From positions 7,809-71,808 of the forward strand of contig JAXHLF010000029.1 of assembly GCA_034522515.1 (NCBI GenBank): a stretch of DNA of 64,000 nt, given 5' to 3'. Of the stretch, positions 26,688 through 37,999 are shown piece after piece. The notes beneath the pieces are model-generated. The model saw only the letters and a program-made list of their open reading frames with translations. It did no database searches and was not told the origin of the DNA. This DNA is from Bacteroidales bacterium (lineage in GTDB: Bacteria; Bacteroidota; Bacteroidia; Bacteroidales; VadinHA17). Made by a program: the position numbers and the translations under genes. Positions within the stretch are counted from its first letter, which is position 1, and each line of letters opens with the position of its first letter.

Positions 26688-28631
26688 ATGATCGACCACT
26701 CCACCATAGAACGAATCTTCGACGCTGCCCAGATAACTGACGTGGTGCAGGAGTTCGTGTCGCTCAAGCGAAGAGGGGTCAACATGCTGGGCCTCTGTCC
26801 TTTTCATAACGAGAAGACCCCCTCCTTCACCGTCTCCCCCGCCAAGGGCATCTTCAAGTGCTTCGGATGCGGCAAGGGCGGCAACGCCGTCAACTTCATC
26901 ATGGAGCACGAGCACCTCTCGTACCCCGAGGCGCTCCGATGGCTGGCGAAGAAATACCACATAGAGGTGGAGGAGAAGGAGGTCACCCCCGAGGAGATCG
27001 CCAAGCAGAACGAGCGCGAGAGCATGCTCGTCGTCACCCAGTACGCTGCGCGCCAGTTCACTGAAAACCTCTTCCACGGCCACGAGGGGATGGCGCTGGG
27101 CCTCTCCTACTTCCGTGAGCGCGGCTTCGCTGACGCTGTCCTGCGAAAGTTCGAGGTAGGCTACTGCAACGAGAAGCGCGATGACTTCACGCAGAAGGCC
27201 GTTGCGGCAGGCTACCGCAGCGAGTACCTGGTAGCCAGCGGCCTGACGATAGACAGGGAGGGTTACCTCTTCGACCGCTTCGCCGGCCGCATCATGTTCC
27301 CCATCCACTCGCTCTCAGGGCAGGTGCTGGGTTTCGGCGGCCGCATCATCAAAACAGACGCTAAGGCAGCCAAGTACGTCAACACCCCCGAGACGGAGAT
27401 ATACCACAAGAGCCGTATCGTCTACGGCATCTTCCAGGCGCGGCAGGCCATCATCAAGGAGGACCGCTGCTACCTCGTGGAGGGCTACACCGACGTCCTC
27501 TCCATGCACGAGTCCGGCGTCGAGAACGTCGTCGCCAGCTCCGGCACCGCCCTGACACAGGAGCAGATACGCCTCATCAAGCGCTTCACCCCCAACATCA
27601 CCATGCTCTACGACGGCGATCCTGCCGGCGTTAAAGCCTCGGTGAGAGGCACCGACATGGTGCTCGAGGAGGGCATGAACGTGCGCATCGTCATGCTCCC
27701 CGGGGGCGAAGACCCCGACTCCTACTCCAAAAAGGTCTCCGAGGAGGAGTTCAAACGCTACCTCAAAGAGAACGAGACCGACTTCATACGGTTCAAGACC
27801 AGCCTCCTTCTTGATGAGGCGCAGAGCGATCCCGTCAGACGTGCCAACCTGGTGCGCGAGGTGGTGCGCTCCATAGCCGTCATCCCCGACCAGATCACCC
27901 GCACCGTCTATGTCAAGGAGTGCAGCATGCAGCTCTCCATGCCCGAGGAGGTGGTCCTCGACGAGGTGCTGAAGCTGCGAAAGCAGCAGAGCTTCCGCGA
28001 CCGTAACGCGTGGCCCGCGCAGGATGCCCTGGTGAGCCCGCAGACACAGGCGCCCAGACAGCAGAGGAAGAAGGAAGAGACATCACACTACTCCGAGCAG
28101 GAGATCCTGCGTCTCCTCATACGCTACGGCTCCGTGGTGCTGTCACGCGTCACCGACAGGGAGACAGGCACGGAGACCATCACCACCGTCGCCGACTATA
28201 TTATCTCACAGATAACGGAGGATGAGCTGGAGTTCGAAAACCCGGTCTTCGCTTTGATCTTTTCCGAGATAAAATTCATCGTGTCACAGGGCCTCGTCCC
28301 CGGCGACAGGCACTTTGTGCATCATGCCGACCCGGTCATCAGCGCCATCGCCGTAGACATGCTTACGGAGCAGTACACCCTAAGCCGCATATGGAACTCA
28401 CGCGGTGCATACGTCGAGACCGAGGATATGAAGCTGAAGGAGATCGTTCCCGACTCGGTCCTTAAGTTCAAGAGCGACAAGATCAAGGTGATGCAGAAGG
28501 AGCTGCGCAGGGCTATGACGGAGGCGGCGGGTGACGACGGGAAGATATCCGAGCTCCAGGAGAGGTACAAGACGATGACCTCGCTCCAGAAAAAAATTTC
28601 CACGGGACTGGGTGGCCGTATAGTATTATAA
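26688..28631 (+). CDS. dnaG: DNA primase
   Basis: ORF 26679..28631; the ATG at 26688 gives MIDHSTIERIFDAAQITDVVQEFVSLKRRG. Zinc ribbon CPFHNEKTPSFTVSPAKGIFKCFGCGKGG; TOPRIM region LVEGYTDVLSMHESG...MLYDGDPAG. Intact. Confidence 0.95.
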   Translation: MIDHSTIERIFDAAQITDVVQEFVSLKRRGVNMLGLCPFHNEKTPSFTVSPAKGIFKCFGCGKGGNAVNFIMEHEHLSYPEALRWLAKKYHIEVEEKEVTPEEIAKQNERESMLVVTQYAARQFTENLFHGHEGMALGLSYFRERGFADAVLRKFEVGYCNEKRDDFTQKAVAAGYRSEYLVASGLTIDREGYLFDRFAGRIMFPIHSLSGQVLGFGGRIIKTDAKAAKYVNTPETEIYHKSRIVYGIFQARQAIIKEDRCYLVEGYTDVLSMHESGVENVVASSGTALTQEQIRLIKRFTPNITMLYDGDPAGVKASVRGTDMVLEEGMNVRIVMLPGGEDPDSYSKKVSEEEFKRYLKENETDFIRFKTSLLLDEAQSDPVRRANLVREVVRSIAVIPDQITRTVYVKECSMQLSMPEEVVLDEVLKLRKQQSFRDRNAWPAQDALVSPQTQAPRQQRKKEETSHYSEQEILRLLIRYGSVVLSRVTDRETGTETITTVADYIISQITEDELEFENPVFALIFSEIKFIVSQGLVPGDRHFVHHADPVISAIAVDMLTEQYTLSRIWNSRGAYVETEDMKLKEIVPDSVLKFKSDKIKVMQKELRRAMTEAAGDDGKISELQERYKTMTSLQKKISTGLGGRIVL

Positions 28632-28679
28632 GGATATCGAAATGATCTTTTTCTTAACTTGTGAAAAATTTCTGCTGTC

Positions 28680-29582
28680 ATGAGACAAATCCTTACTGTC
28701 GTTATTACTTTTTGTGCGATGACCCTGTTCATCACATCATGTAATAGAACAGACAAGGGCTCCAACATACCCGTTCCGGTCTTTTCGACGCACCATCCTG
28801 AAATCCCCGATAAGAGTAAAAATATCAGGGAGATATACTACGGCCTCATGACGCCGGTGGAGGTGTGCAACATCTTCGAGAGGCTCGGCATAAGGTACAA
28901 TGACACCATCATCCTTCCCTCCGCGAACCGCGACCTGTACATGAGCAGCTACAAGGCCGCCATGAACCTCGGCGTCTACGGCGTCGACATGGGTTACATG
29001 AAGCTCTTCGGGGTGAACAGGCAGACTGTCAGCTATTTCAGCACCATACAGACCCTCAGCGAACGACTGAACATGCCCGACACCTTTCTATCCGATGCCA
29101 TCAGGGGGCTCGATGCAGATATCAGCGATGCCGATTCGCTCACCGGGCTGATGAATGACGCTTACGAAAAGATCGACAGCCATCTGCGGCTGGAAGGCAG
29201 CGAGGGAACGCTGGGACTGATGCTCATGGGCGGATGGATCGAGGCCATGTACCTCGCCACACAGCTGACCTATGACCCTGCCAATCCCGACCCCCAGGTG
29301 GTTGGAAAGATAGCCGAGCAGAAGTATTCGCTTATCTCGCTGCTCAGCTTCATGAAGAACTATTATGATGACCCCATGGTTGTCTTTTACACCAAGAAAC
29401 TGAAGTACCTCAATCGCTGGTTTGATACATTCGAGATCTATTATCAACCGGGGGATGTCTCCGTTGACACTGTCCGGCAGGTGATCACCACCACGGGGAC
29501 AGAGATGACCGTCACCGTGGGTACGCTGAACGAGATACGCGATTATGTGGCGAAGCTCCGGGCCGAGATCACTGCTGTCTGA
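28680..29582 (+). CDS. Hypothetical lipoprotein
   Basis: 300-aa intact ORF with signal/lipobox MRQILTVVITFCAMTLFITSCNRTD. I recognise no family. Confidence 0.65.
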   Translation: MRQILTVVITFCAMTLFITSCNRTDKGSNIPVPVFSTHHPEIPDKSKNIREIYYGLMTPVEVCNIFERLGIRYNDTIILPSANRDLYMSSYKAAMNLGVYGVDMGYMKLFGVNRQTVSYFSTIQTLSERLNMPDTFLSDAIRGLDADISDADSLTGLMNDAYEKIDSHLRLEGSEGTLGLMLMGGWIEAMYLATQLTYDPANPDPQVVGKIAEQKYSLISLLSFMKNYYDDPMVVFYTKKLKYLNRWFDTFEIYYQPGDVSVDTVRQVITTTGTEMTVTVGTLNEIRDYVAKLRAEITAV

Positions 29583-29634
29583 ACAACCTTATGTGGCGAA
29601 GCTCCGGGCTGAGATCACTGCTGTCTGAACAACC
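29543..29634. repeat. 46-bp direct tandem duplication covering the last 13 codons and stop of the lipoprotein gene
   Basis: ttatgtggcgaagctccgggc(c/t)gagatcactgctgtctgaacaacc occurs twice head-to-tail (29543-29588 and 29589-29634) with one mismatch. Confidence 0.9.
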
Positions 29635-29649
29635 TGAAAAAAATATATC

Positions 29650-32600
29650 ATGAACCGTCGTCTTCTCATTGCAACGGCTGTCATTGCCGTCATCGTCATG
29701 TCATGCGGAAAAGGGAAACAGCTTGCCGACACCGCCGCCATCTCCCCTGCCGTCACCATCATTGACAAGGGTTTCAGTAAGTTTATCTCAGCTTACACCA
29801 CGGGCACCGTGCAGGCGCTGGGAACGGTGCAGGTGGTCTTCACCCCGGAGTTTGCCGCCACCATAGACCGCACCCGCACACAGGGACTCTTCTCCTTCAA
29901 TCCGGCCATAAAGGGAACAACAGAGTGGGCCGATGACATCACGCTGATCTTCAAGCCCTCCAAACCCTTGTCGTCCGGCACGTCATTCCAGGGCACCCTC
30001 GACCTGAGCAAGCTGGGGCAGGTGGAGGAGCGCTTCCGCTTCTTCCCTCTTGTCTTCCGCACCCTTGAGAAGAACTTCACCGTCAACATCAACCCCGTCA
30101 CTGTTGACCTTCCCGACGGAAACACCTACACGCTGACCGGCACAGTGGTCACTTCCGACCATATTGACAAAGCCGAGGTCGAAAAGTACCTCACCGCCCG
30201 TGTCGGAAGGCGTGATGAGAAGATCATATGGGATCATGAAAACAATAACATCCACACCTTCACCATTGAAAAGATACGCAGAGCGAAGGAAGAGAATGAG
30301 CTCACGATTGCATGGAACGGCACCGCCTACGGTATTAAAACGAAGGGCGATCTCAGCGTCACCATCCCCGCCGAGGGAGTCTTCAGCGTCACCAACATAA
30401 AGATCAATACTGGCGACAGCAAGAGCATCGAGATCTTCTTCTCAGACCTGCTCGATGCAGGGAATGAGCTTGACGGGATGGTCACCACGGATCCCGTCCA
30501 TCCGCTCTCTGTCAGTGCCGAGGGCAACAAGCTGCTTGTCATCCCGGGCGAAAATATCGTCAGGGGTGGTGGAGGTGACAGTCGACGGCTCGCTCCGCAA
30601 CAGCCGCGGTCAGCGGCTCGGCGAGCCGGTAAAGAGAAGCATCAGCTTCAATCCTGTTGCGCCGGGTATACGGTCCGCAGGCCGCGGGGTCATCATGCCC
30701 TCGTCGGGCAGCCTGGTCTTCCCCTTCCTGGCGGCCAACCTAAGCGCCGTTGATCTCACCATTATCAAGATCTTTGAGAACAACCTGCCTTATTTCCTTC
30801 AGCAGAACAGCATGGGCGATGCGTATGACTACGAGAGCGCCATCAGGCAGTTCGGGAGGCCTGTCTGGCGCGGCCGCATCGACCTCGCCAGCGGCGCCGG
30901 CTTCGACCCGAATAAATACAACCTCTTCACCATCGACCTTGCCAATTATATCGAGCCCGAGCAGGGAATACTCTATCGCATTGAGCTGGGCATGCGCCCC
31001 TCATACTCGCTTTTCCCCTGCACCGGCGATCGCAAGCCCTCGAGGTACGAGGAGATGCTTGAGCTGGCCGACCTCGACCGGCCCTGGGAGGGTTCTGACG
31101 ACTACTATTCGCTCTCGGAAGAAGGTCTGTTCTGCGATTGTGCCTACAACTGGCGCGAGAACCAGAACCCCTGCAGCGATGCCTGTTGCGGTGCCGACAA
31201 GAAGCTGATCAGCAACATACTTGCCTCTGACCTTGGCATGGTAGCCAAGAGCGGCAGTGACAACAACCTCCGTATCTTCATCAGGGATCTGCGGACGGCA
31301 GAGCCCGTCGAGGCCGCCACTGTTGAGATCTACGACTACCAGATGCAGTCGATGGGGTCTGTCACCACCGACAAGTCAGGCATAGCCGCCCTCCCCTGCC
31401 CGCGAAAACCCTTCCTGGTGATAGCGCGAAAGGAGAAGAACCGCAACTATCTCTCGCTGCAGGACGGGACCGCCCTCTCAATGAGCTCCTTCGATGTGTC
31501 AGGTGAGTCGCCGCAGGATGGCATCAGGGCGTTCATCTTCACCGAACGCGATGTCAGGCGTCCGGGTGACACCATCTATGTGGGGCTGATAGTCCGCGAT
31601 GCGGGAAGCGGCCTCCCGGCCGGTCACCCCGTTCACTTCGAGCTTTACAACACTAAAGGACAGAGGATAGACGAACAGGTTACCACGCTGAACGACAAGG
31701 GTTTCCTAACATTTACATCTGTCACCTCCGGCGATGCCGAGACGGGTAACTACCGTGCCCAGGTACGTATCGGCGCAGCCACCTTCACGAAGATCATCAA
31801 GGTGGAGACAGTCAAACCGAACAGACTGAGGATTAAGCTTGACTTTGCTGATGCCGTTGCCGGAGGAGATAATAAGGCGATGCGCGGTGCGATGAAGGTC
31901 ACCTGGCTGAACGGCACCACGGCACGCGACATGAAGTCGACCGTAGATCTGCTGTTAAGACCCGTGAAGACCACCTTTGACAAGTACGGGCAGTATAACT
32001 TCGATGACCCTGCCACACAGTTCTGGTTTGACAGCCAGACGGTCTTCGAGGGCAATATCAACAGCTCGGGCGAGGCTGTGGTCACCTTCTCTCCTGACGA
32101 TGAGCTACAGGCTCCAGGGATGCTAAGCGCCATTTACACCACCAGGGTGTTCGAGAAGGGCGGCGACGCCAGCATAAACCAGACGGTTGTTCCCTATGCG
32201 CCTTACCCCGCGTTTGTGGGGATGAATATTCCCGCCCTGGGAGCTACTGGTCGTATCCTGTTTACCGACCGTCCCAACGAGGTCCGTCTGGTTACGGTAG
32301 ACAAGAACGGCAAGCCCGTCCGCAGCGAGGTGGAGATCAATGTCTACAAGCTCGACTACCGCTGGTGGTGGGAGTCGGATGACGAGTACCTGGGGTCATA
32401 TATCTCACGCGGACGCAACAATAACATTTTTACCGAAACGATCACCACCGCCGCCGGCGAGGGTAAGGTCTCTTTCAGTGTCGACAAGCAGCAGTGGGGG
32501 CGCTACCTTGTTCGTGCCACACTGCCCTCGGGACACTCCACCGGCATGATAGTGCTGGTCGACTGGCCGTGGGACTACGGTATGAAGCCCGGTGGCAACG

Positions 32601-35215
32601 ACGGCGCCAGCCTCCTGCAGCTGAACACCGAAAAAGGAGAGGTGCAGCGTGGGTGATGAGATAGTGCTTCACCTTCCCCGCACCGCGAGAACGGGCGCGC
32701 CGTCATCACGATTGAGAACAGCACGGGGCTTCTCGACATCAAGGAGGTGAACACGCAGGCAGGCAACACGGAGGTGAAGGTCACGGCCACGAAGGCCATG
32801 GCACCCCAACGCCTATCTCTATGTGACCATGCTGCAGCCGCACTCGCAGACGGTCAATGACGCGCCGATCAAGTTCTACGGAGTCATCCCGGTGATGGTT
32901 GAAGACCCCTCTTCCAAACTTACTCCCGGTGATAACCATGCCTGACCAGATAAGGTCAAGGCAGGAGGTTGAGATAAAGATTGAGGAGCAGAACAGGCAG
33001 GAGATGACATACACCCTTGCCGTGGTGGATGAGGGACTGCTTGACCTGACGGGATTCCGGACACCGGATCCGTGGAAGTGGTACTTCGTCAAGCATGCGC
33101 TGGGGGTGAAGACATGGGATCTGTATGACATTGTCTTCGGCGCCCTTGGAGGCAAGCTGGGTGAGGCCTTCGTTTTCGGCAGCGGAGGCGGCGGTGGACC
33201 AGAGCAGACAGGGGCACGGCGGTTTGAGCCGGTGGTCAGGGTTCATCGGACCCTGTACCCTGGCTCCTGGCAAGACCGGGACACATAAGATCAGGCTGCC
33301 GCAGTACACCGGAAGGGTCAGGGTTGACGTTCAACCCCGCCGGTCGCGGTCTGACTCAGGCTCCGCTGAAAAGAGCGTCGTGGTCTCCGACCCCGCTGAT
33401 GATACTGGCAACGGTCCCCCGCGTGCTGTCGCCTGGCGACCGGGTGGCGCTGCCGGTGACCGTTTTTGCACAGAAGAAGGAGATCAGCGAGGTTAATGTC
33501 ACTGCCACCGGCAATGAGATGATCTCATTCACACAGGCTGCCGGCTCCGTCAGGTTCACGGAGCCCGGCGACAAGGACCTGGAGCTCCTGTTCAATACGG
33601 CTCAGCAGCCGGGCAAGGCAGTCATTAATGTCAGGGCCGAAGGTGGCGGCGAGAGCGCATCGTACGACATGGAGGTACAGGTACGTACGCCGAATCCGCC
33701 CGAGCGTCGCGCCGAAACCAGTACAGCTTCTCCGGGCGAAAAATAAAAAAAGAGCTTCACACCATTCGGCATTGCAGGTACGGCATCGGCCCTCGTGGAG
33801 GTCTTCTAAGGTGCCCCTCAGTGAACCTGTCGCGGCGGCTCCGTTCGGCTCACCTCCTTCCCCCACGGTTGCACCGAGCAGATAACCTCGGCAGCCTTCC
33901 CGCAGATCTATCTCCCTGACCTGCTCGGATCGAGTCTTCCCGATCCTGCCCTTGTGCGCAACAACGTGCAGGAGGCGCTGCGCAGCATCGCCTCGCGTCA
34001 GATCTCATCAGGGGCTCTCACACTGTGGCCTGGCAGCTCATATCCCGACGACTGGGTGACATCGTATGCCGGCCACTTCGCCATTGAGGCACAGAAGGCA
34101 GGCTACACGCTTCCGGCGGGGTTCATGAGCAAATGGACAGCTTATCAGCGTGCCACCGCCTCAGCATGGAGGTACCAGCCGCAGTACCGTTACACTGCCA
34201 ATGACCAGGCCTACAGGCTCTTCACCATGGCTCTCGCCGGCGCTCCCGACAAGGGGGCCGGTGAACCGCATGCGCGAGGTGACCGACCTGCCCTCGCTGG
34301 CACGGTGGTTCCTCGCGGCACCCCTGCGCCACCACTGGCCGGCCCGAGGTGGCTCAGAGCCTAGCACCGACGTCAGGAACCTGAAGAGCGAGGAAGAGTT
34401 TAGGTGGTACTGCGGCAGCGCCCTAAGGACCAGTCAATCATCCTCTATACGCTGACAACCAGTAGGCAACACCGCAGAGGCACTCGACCTGCTTAAGGAG
34501 GTGGCCGCCTCGCTAGCCGTGACAGCTGGTACAGCACCGAGAACAAGGCATGGGGACTGTTTGCATATGAACTTCAGCAAGAAGATGAAAGGCGATAACG
34601 GGCGAGCCGGATAAAGGTCTACTTGAGCTTGCAACGGGAAGAAGGAGAAGCTGACCGCGGATGAGGGCGGCATCATGGAGAAACCTGGCACCGGTGGCAT
34701 CGAACAGGCTGGTAGTTCAACGAGAGCGACAAGCCGGTGTTCGTAATTTTTTACCGAGCAGGGCGTGCCAGTGAGTGCCGACATGACCGTGACCGAGGAA
34801 TAACCTGACGATGAAGGTCGACTATATGGATATGGAGCAGAAGCCCGTGGATGTGTCATCACTGCCAGCGGGGACAAGCTTCATGATGCTGGTGAGTGTC
34901 ACCAACACCACCTTCCGGCAGATCAGGAACCTGGCGCTGACGAAGATGGTGCCCTCGGGATGGGAGATACAGAACACACGACTGTTTGAGGCCGGGTTGC
35001 CTGTGAAGGAGGGGACGTATGACTACCGCGACTTCCGTGATGACAGGGTCTATACCTATTTCAGCCTTACTCCTGGTGAGACAAAGAAGTTCTTCATCAT
35101 ACTCACAGCGTCATACCGCGGCACCTACTCGATGCCTGCAGTAGTATGCGAGGCGATGTATGATGAGGGTGTCGCGGCGCACAGTCAGGGATTTGCTGTG
35201 GAAGTCAGGAAGTAG
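29650..35215 (+). pseudogene. Alpha-2-macroglobulin-family lipoprotein (YfhM-like, thioester type), many frame breaks
   Basis: Lipobox MNRRLLIATAVIAVIVMSCGK. Pieces are 29650..30753, 30455..32656, 32899..33288, 33324..33746, 33954..34364 and 34811..35215, plus short bridging frames. The thioester motif GCTEQ is encoded at 33870-33881 (tgc acc gag cag). Confidence 0.85.
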
Positions 35216-35224
35216 ACAGGTAGG

Positions 35225-35297
35225 GGATAAAGGTAAAAGGATAAAGGTTAAAGGATAAAGGTTAAAGGTTAAAGGTATAAAGGTATAAAGGATAAAG
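35225..35297. repeat. Period-7 tandem repeat (aaaggtt/aaaggat/aaaggta units), same type as 3071-3150
   Basis: ggataaaggtaaaaggataaaggttaaaggataaaggttaaaggttaaaggtataaaggtataaaggataaag, between the A2M stop and pbpC. Confidence 0.85.
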
Positions 35298-35358
35298 TTT
35301 GTGGCAGCAGGGGGTAGGCAGCGAAAGTGAAGTCTGAGCCTGAAAATACTTTTCAGAG

Positions 35359-37930
35359 TTGCCGACAGCATGCATAATCTGCGTCCTGGCAGCACCTATG
35401 CCCTCCTTCGATACGCCGTTGTCAACGGTTGTGGAGGCCGCCGACGGCACGTTGCTTGGCGCACGTGTTGCCGGAGACGGGCAGTGGCGTTTCCCTCCGC
35501 CCGACAGCCTGCCGCAGAAGTATGTCATGTGCCTCGTGGACTATGAGGACAGGTACTTCCGCTGGCACCCCGGTGTTAATCCTATTGCCGTCTTTAAGGC
35601 GCTGACGGATAACATCAGGCCGGGGGAGCCCGTCCGCGGCGGAAGCACCCCTATCACCATGCAGGTGGCCCGACTGGCACGGGGTAATCCTGACCGGACA
35701 TACGCGGGTAAGATTATTGAGATGTTCTCTGCCCGTAAAGCTCGAGCTGTTCCGTTCCAAATATGCCATACTGACCCTTTATGCCGCCAACGCTCCCTTC
35801 GGAGGCAACACCGTTGGTCTGGAAGCTGCGGCATGGAGATATAACGGTCGCGGCACCGATGACATGACATGGGCCGAGGCGGCTACGCTGGCGGTGCTTC
35901 CCAACGCACCTTCATTGATTTACCCCGGGCGCAATTCTGAACGGCTTCGGCAGAAGAGAGACAGGTTGCTGCTGACGCTGGCAGAGAGGGGTCATATTGA
36001 CAGTCTCACCTGCTCGCTGGCAATGAGTGAGCCCTTACCCGGGGCAGCTGTGCCCATGCCCGCGCTTGCTCCGCATCTCACCAGCCGCTTGTGGGCAGCC
36101 CACCGGATGGTTTACGCTGCTCCGGGTACGGCGGAGGCCGGCGAAGCAAGATTCCGAAAAGAGAAGACAGGTGAGGTCGGAGCACGGAAAGTAAAGACCG
36201 GCAATGCCGGATCAGAGAAAACACGAGGCGTGGACTACAGAGTTAACAGGGTGAGGACCACCATTGACCCAGCATTGCAGAAAGAGGTAGCGGAGCTTGT
36301 GGACAGGCACCAGGCAGCGCTGGAAGGCAACATGATACATAACGCCGCCGCCCTGGTGGTGGAGGTGGGGTCAGGTCATGTGGTGGCATATGCCGGCAAC
36401 AGCACCCTCTCCGACACCACCGGCAGGCATGGACGCGATGTGGACATGATCATGGCGCCGCGCAGCACGGGCAGCATCATGAAACCGTTTCTCTACGCGG
36501 GGCTGCTCTCTTCGGGCATGATGCTGCCCAACGCTCTCATCGCCGACATACCCACCCGGTTCCAGGGGTTTCGTCCCGAGAACTCCGACTTCACCTACAG
36601 CGGCGCCGTGCCTGCCGGTGACGCCCTGGCCCGTTCGCTCAATATCCCTGCCGTGCGCATGCTCCAGATGCTCGAGGAGGAGAGGTTCCTGAACCAGCTG
36701 CAACGGATGGGCTTTACCACCTTTGACAAGCCTGCCTCACATTACGGTCTCTCGCTCATCCTCGGCGGCGGCGAGGCCAGCCTCTGGGAGCTGGCAGGGG
36801 CCTATGCTTCGATGGCGAGGGTACTTAATTTCAGTCTCCCGTCTTCAATCTCAGGTGCGCAGTTTGAGGCTACGGCGCAGGAGGAGTCTCAATCCCAACC
36901 ACGAAGTGAGTCGGGACAGCAGTTTGAAACGGTCAGTACAGCTGGGTGGCACATGCCGGTGGTGGTTCAGTCGGTAGTCAGATCGGGCAAGAGGCAAGAG
37001 GACAGCAGGCAGCAGGAAGGCAGGAAGATCGATCCGGCTCTTACCCCGGCAGCCATCTGGCTGACCTACGAGGCTCTCCGAAGGGTCAACAGGCCTGAGA
37101 CGGAGACGGGGTGGCAGTATTTCGGGAGCGCGCCGGAGGTGGCATGGAAGACAGGCACCAGCTTCGGCTTCCGCGATGCATGGGCCATAGGCACCACCCC
37201 CACTCACGTGGTTGCGGTGTGGTTGGGCAACGCCGACGGCGAGGGGGAGGCCCGGACTCTCGGGCATCACCTCGGCGGCGCCGCTGCTCTTCGACATCCT
37301 GAGGCTGCTGCAGCCTGCCTCCGGCACATGGTTCGCCCGACCCGAAGAGGGGATGACCCTCACCGAGGTGTGCGCCGCCAGCGGCTTCAGAGCCGGTCCC
37401 GACTGCACAGAGAGGCGTGAAGAGTGGGTGCCGGAAGAGGGGCTGCGCAGCGACGCCTGCCCCTGGCATACAGTTCATAGACCTCGATACAGCGAGGAGT
37501 GCAGGGTTAACATCTCCTGCTCCGCTCCCGGAGAAATGGTCAGCCGCTCCTGGTTTGTGCTACCCCCGCAATGGAGTATTACTACCGCATGGTAACCCCT
37601 CCTACCCGGACACTCCCCCCGTCTGGTGCCGCTGTTCTCGACGACATAAAGGTACCCCGCTGATGAAGTTCCATCTACCTCCCACGCGATGCCCGCCGCA
37701 TCTTCATCCCCCGCAGCCTCCAGGGAAAACTGATGTCGATGCTCCCCGAGATAGCCCACCGCAGGAATAACGCGGTGGTTTACTGGCACCTCGATGACAG
37801 GTACATCGGGATGACCAGGCATATGCACCAGACGGAACTGCAGGTCAGAGAGGGGGACGTGTGCTCGTTATCCATCAATGAAAAAGGATTTGCAGTATCC
37901 CGCAAGTTTTTCTGCATTGGCACGTTGTGA
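35359..37930 (+). pseudogene. pbpC: Penicillin-binding protein 1C (transglycosylase/transpeptidase), several frame breaks
   Basis: Pieces are 35359..35844 (YEDRYFRWHPGVNP...GGSTPITMQVARL), 35717..37420 (LYAANAPFGGNTVGLEAAAWRY...SIMKPFLYAGLL...WKTGTSFGFRDAWAIG), 37212..37595 and 37733..37930. It is collinear with E. coli PbpC as I recall it. Confidence 0.85.
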
Positions 37931-37999
37931 TGCGACAGAAAAGGAAATTAAATTATTTTTACCACTGCAAAACAATCCCAACCAATCGGGAAAGTGATA

